Shown: positions 63,270 to 64,000 of the stretch, one piece after another | Numbering within the stretch: position 1 is the first letter of the stretch | Layout of the letters: every line of letters starts with the position of its first letter | Source: Lingula anatina | Lineage: Eukaryota > Animalia > Brachiopoda | Length of the DNA: 64,000 nt | Direction of reading: 5' to 3' | NCBI GenBank assembly: GCA_051362555.1 | Contig: CM120643.1 | Location: 2,170,001-2,234,000, forward strand | Program-made: the position numbers and the translations under genes | The notes under the pieces: generated by a model | The model's input: the letters and a program-made list of their open reading frames with translations, nothing else | What the model was told of the DNA's origin: nothing | The model's database searches: none

Positions 63270-64000
63270 ATGACTAGAGTCGGTCTTCACACGGGATACT
63301 TACTCATACATGCATGCATCTTGGTTTCCACGTGGGCAGCCATGTCGGGGAAAACGTCAGTCATTGCAACCCACAATTGTGTCATCCAAGTGGACCACGG
63401 ATCAAAAGACGACACAGTAGTGAACTGTGAACAAAAAAATCTACGCATGATTCCAGTTGATCTCCCGATTACTACAACTGTTGCTTATCTTTGGAACAAT
63501 GACCTCAGGCGCATATATAAAAAGCAGATGCAATCCCTGTCGAAAATGAGAAAGTTGTATCTTGACTCGTGCAATATATCATATCTGGATAAGGACGCAT
63601 TTTACGGCCTTGGCCTTCTAGAAGTCTTGGATTTGAGTAAAAACCACCTGCATCATCCTCATGACCAAATCTTTAAGTCGCTGAAGTCTCTAATGACTCT
63701 TGATCTGTCCTTTAATAGAGACATTTTTGGACCGTCACTTACATCATTTTTCTTCAGAAGTTTGCATCGTTTGCGCAAAATTAATTTGGGAAATGTTGGG
63801 TTGCATTACATCGCAGAGGGTGTATTTGACACAAATATTCATCTAAAAGAAGTTCATCTCTTCGCCAACAGATTCCAAAATATTCCAGAGGCTATTTTCT
63901 CCAACCCTAGAATCAGTTATATCGATCTATCTAATAATCAAATACACGCTATTTGCGTAAACATCTCAACCAGCTTCTTTCGCGAAAAACTTAACCTGAG
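63270..64000 (+). CDS. Toll-like receptor D, paralogue of TLR C (5' part; runs off the window)
   Basis: ATG 63270 MTRVGLHTGYLLIHACILVSTWA.., open to 64000 and collinear with the TLR C LRRs. Missing from the ORF track because no stop is reached. Confidence 0.88.
   Translation, partial: MTRVGLHTGYLLIHACILVSTWAAMSGKTSVIATHNCVIQVDHGSKDDTVVNCEQKNLRMIPVDLPITTTVAYLWNNDLRRIYKKQMQSLSKMRKLYLDSCNISYLDKDAFYGLGLLEVLDLSKNHLHHPHDQIFKSLKSLMTLDLSFNRDIFGPSLTSFFFRSLHRLRKINLGNVGLHYIAEGVFDTNIHLKEVHLFANRFQNIPEAIFSNPRISYIDLSNNQIHAICVNISTSFFREKLNL

Overview
AT-rich, intron-containing eukaryotic DNA from an invertebrate animal. The taxon cannot be fixed from the sequence alone; a lophotrochozoan-type genome is plausible. 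Left part (1-22.6 kb): two divergently oriented 3-exon paralogous genes (2493-3629 minus, 18129-19548 plus) encode small secreted proteins made of a signal peptide plus one VWD-like domain. Between them lie tandem segmental duplications, three arrays of a palindromic 59-bp repeat and a 3.6-kb TTAA-flanked TIR element. Middle: an intronless class A GPCR gene with a frameshifting deletion (24762-26004 minus). Right part (26-64 kb): a tandem Toll-like receptor cluster in birth-and-death evolution. It holds one intact 2-exon TLR, a multiply disrupted paralogue, three 5' relics, one intact single-coding-exon TLR, and a fourth TLR running off the window end. The cluster is interspersed with three tRNA-Val(CAC) copies, five exact copies of an NF-kB-type site in a CCAAT+kB module, an actin pseudogene fragment, and Tc1, piggyBac, Harbinger and L2 elements. 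There are no prokaryotic features and no CRISPR array. Coordinates and splice junctions were read by eye.
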